From Pseudomonadota bacterium (GTDB lineage: Bacteria; Bdellovibrionota_F; JAHFAK01; JBDREC01), in NCBI GenBank assembly GCA_043820105.1, contig JBDREC010000015.1:1-46040 (forward strand): DNA of 46,040 nucleotides, written 5' to 3'. Shown piece by piece: positions 45,575 through 46,040 of this stretch. A model generated the notes under the pieces. It was not told the origin of the DNA. It saw nothing but the letters and a program-made list of their open reading frames with translations, and did not search any database. Position 1 is the first letter of the stretch; every line of letters starts with the position of its first letter. A program made the position numbers and the translations under genes.

Positions 45575-45602
45575 TTGACATATGGAAATATATGGATATA
45601 TT
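45575..45602 (+). promoter_or_regulatory. Sigma-70-type promoter for trxA
   Basis: TTGACA-16 bp-TATATT. Confidence 0.55.
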
Positions 45603-45681
45603 AATTTTGAATTTTGAATTTTGAATTTTGAATTTTGAATTTTGAATTTTGAATTATGAATTATGAATTATGAATTATGAA
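45603..45681. repeat. Heptamer array (AATTTTG)x7 then (AATTATG)x4
   Basis: Read directly; ends at the AGGAG RBS of trxA. Confidence 0.95.
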
Positions 45682-45693
45682 TAGGAGTTTAAG

Positions 45694-46023
45694 ATGAGTG
45701 AAATTAAAAAAACATTTACTGTTACTGATGAAAATTTTGAGACATTTATAAATTCAGATCAGCCAGTGTTAGTTGATTTTTGGGCACCTTGGTGTGGGCC
45801 TTGTCAGATGCTAGCTCCAATAATGGAAGAATTATCAAATGACTTTGCTGGAAAAGCAAAAATTGGAAAGCTAAATGTAGATGAAAATATGCAAATTGCT
45901 TCAAAATTTGGAATTCACGGAATTCCAACAGTAAAAATCTTTAAAAATGGCAAAGAAGTTTTTTCAGAATCAGGTGCTTATCCAAAGGAGTTCTGGGCTT
46001 CTGCTTTGACAAGTTTATCCTAA
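45694..46023 (+). CDS. trxA: Thioredoxin
   Basis: VLVDFWAPWCGPC, LNVDEN, GIPT. Confidence 0.97.
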   Translation: MSEIKKTFTVTDENFETFINSDQPVLVDFWAPWCGPCQMLAPIMEELSNDFAGKAKIGKLNVDENMQIASKFGIHGIPTVKIFKNGKEVFSESGAYPKEFWASALTSLS

Positions 46024-46040
46024 TACGTTCAACCCTCAAA

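Noticed and set aside
1979-45928. Remaining short ORFs antisense or out of frame to long genes (for example 1979..2164, 3606..3872, 12684..13097, 36421..36690, 45746..45928)
   Set aside because: They overlap well-supported genes and have no RBS or recognisable motifs.

Overview
AT-rich bacterial chromosomal window (roughly 30% GC by eye, not computed). Gene content looks deltaproteobacteria-like (Myxococcota/Bdellovibrionota-type MAG; inference only). Housekeeping genes (HU, two-subunit Fe-S fumarate hydratase, mlaC, dusB-fis, skp, xerD, bamD, mogA, tupABC, glgP, pepF, trxA) alternate with orphan secreted proteins and lipoproteins, an HD-GYP phosphodiesterase, a DUF4105 protein and an MNT-HEPN pair. 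Top observations: (1) an unannotated 42-aa precursor-like ORF (33034..33162, ending CPAGHSCC) directly upstream of a radical SAM/SPASM enzyme, a candidate new RiPP system inside a block that splits tupA from tupBC; (2) at least 15 short 6-8 bp tandem arrays with many different units, some inside signal-peptide coding sequence and some in complementary pairs bracketing genes; (3) five sigma-54 promoters with position-conserved upstream elements, all in front of exported orphan proteins; (4) a ~946-codon frame broken by one in-frame TAA; (5) an unannotated 38-aa hydrophobic ORF with a strong RBS. No rRNA, tRNA, CRISPR array or transposase was seen.
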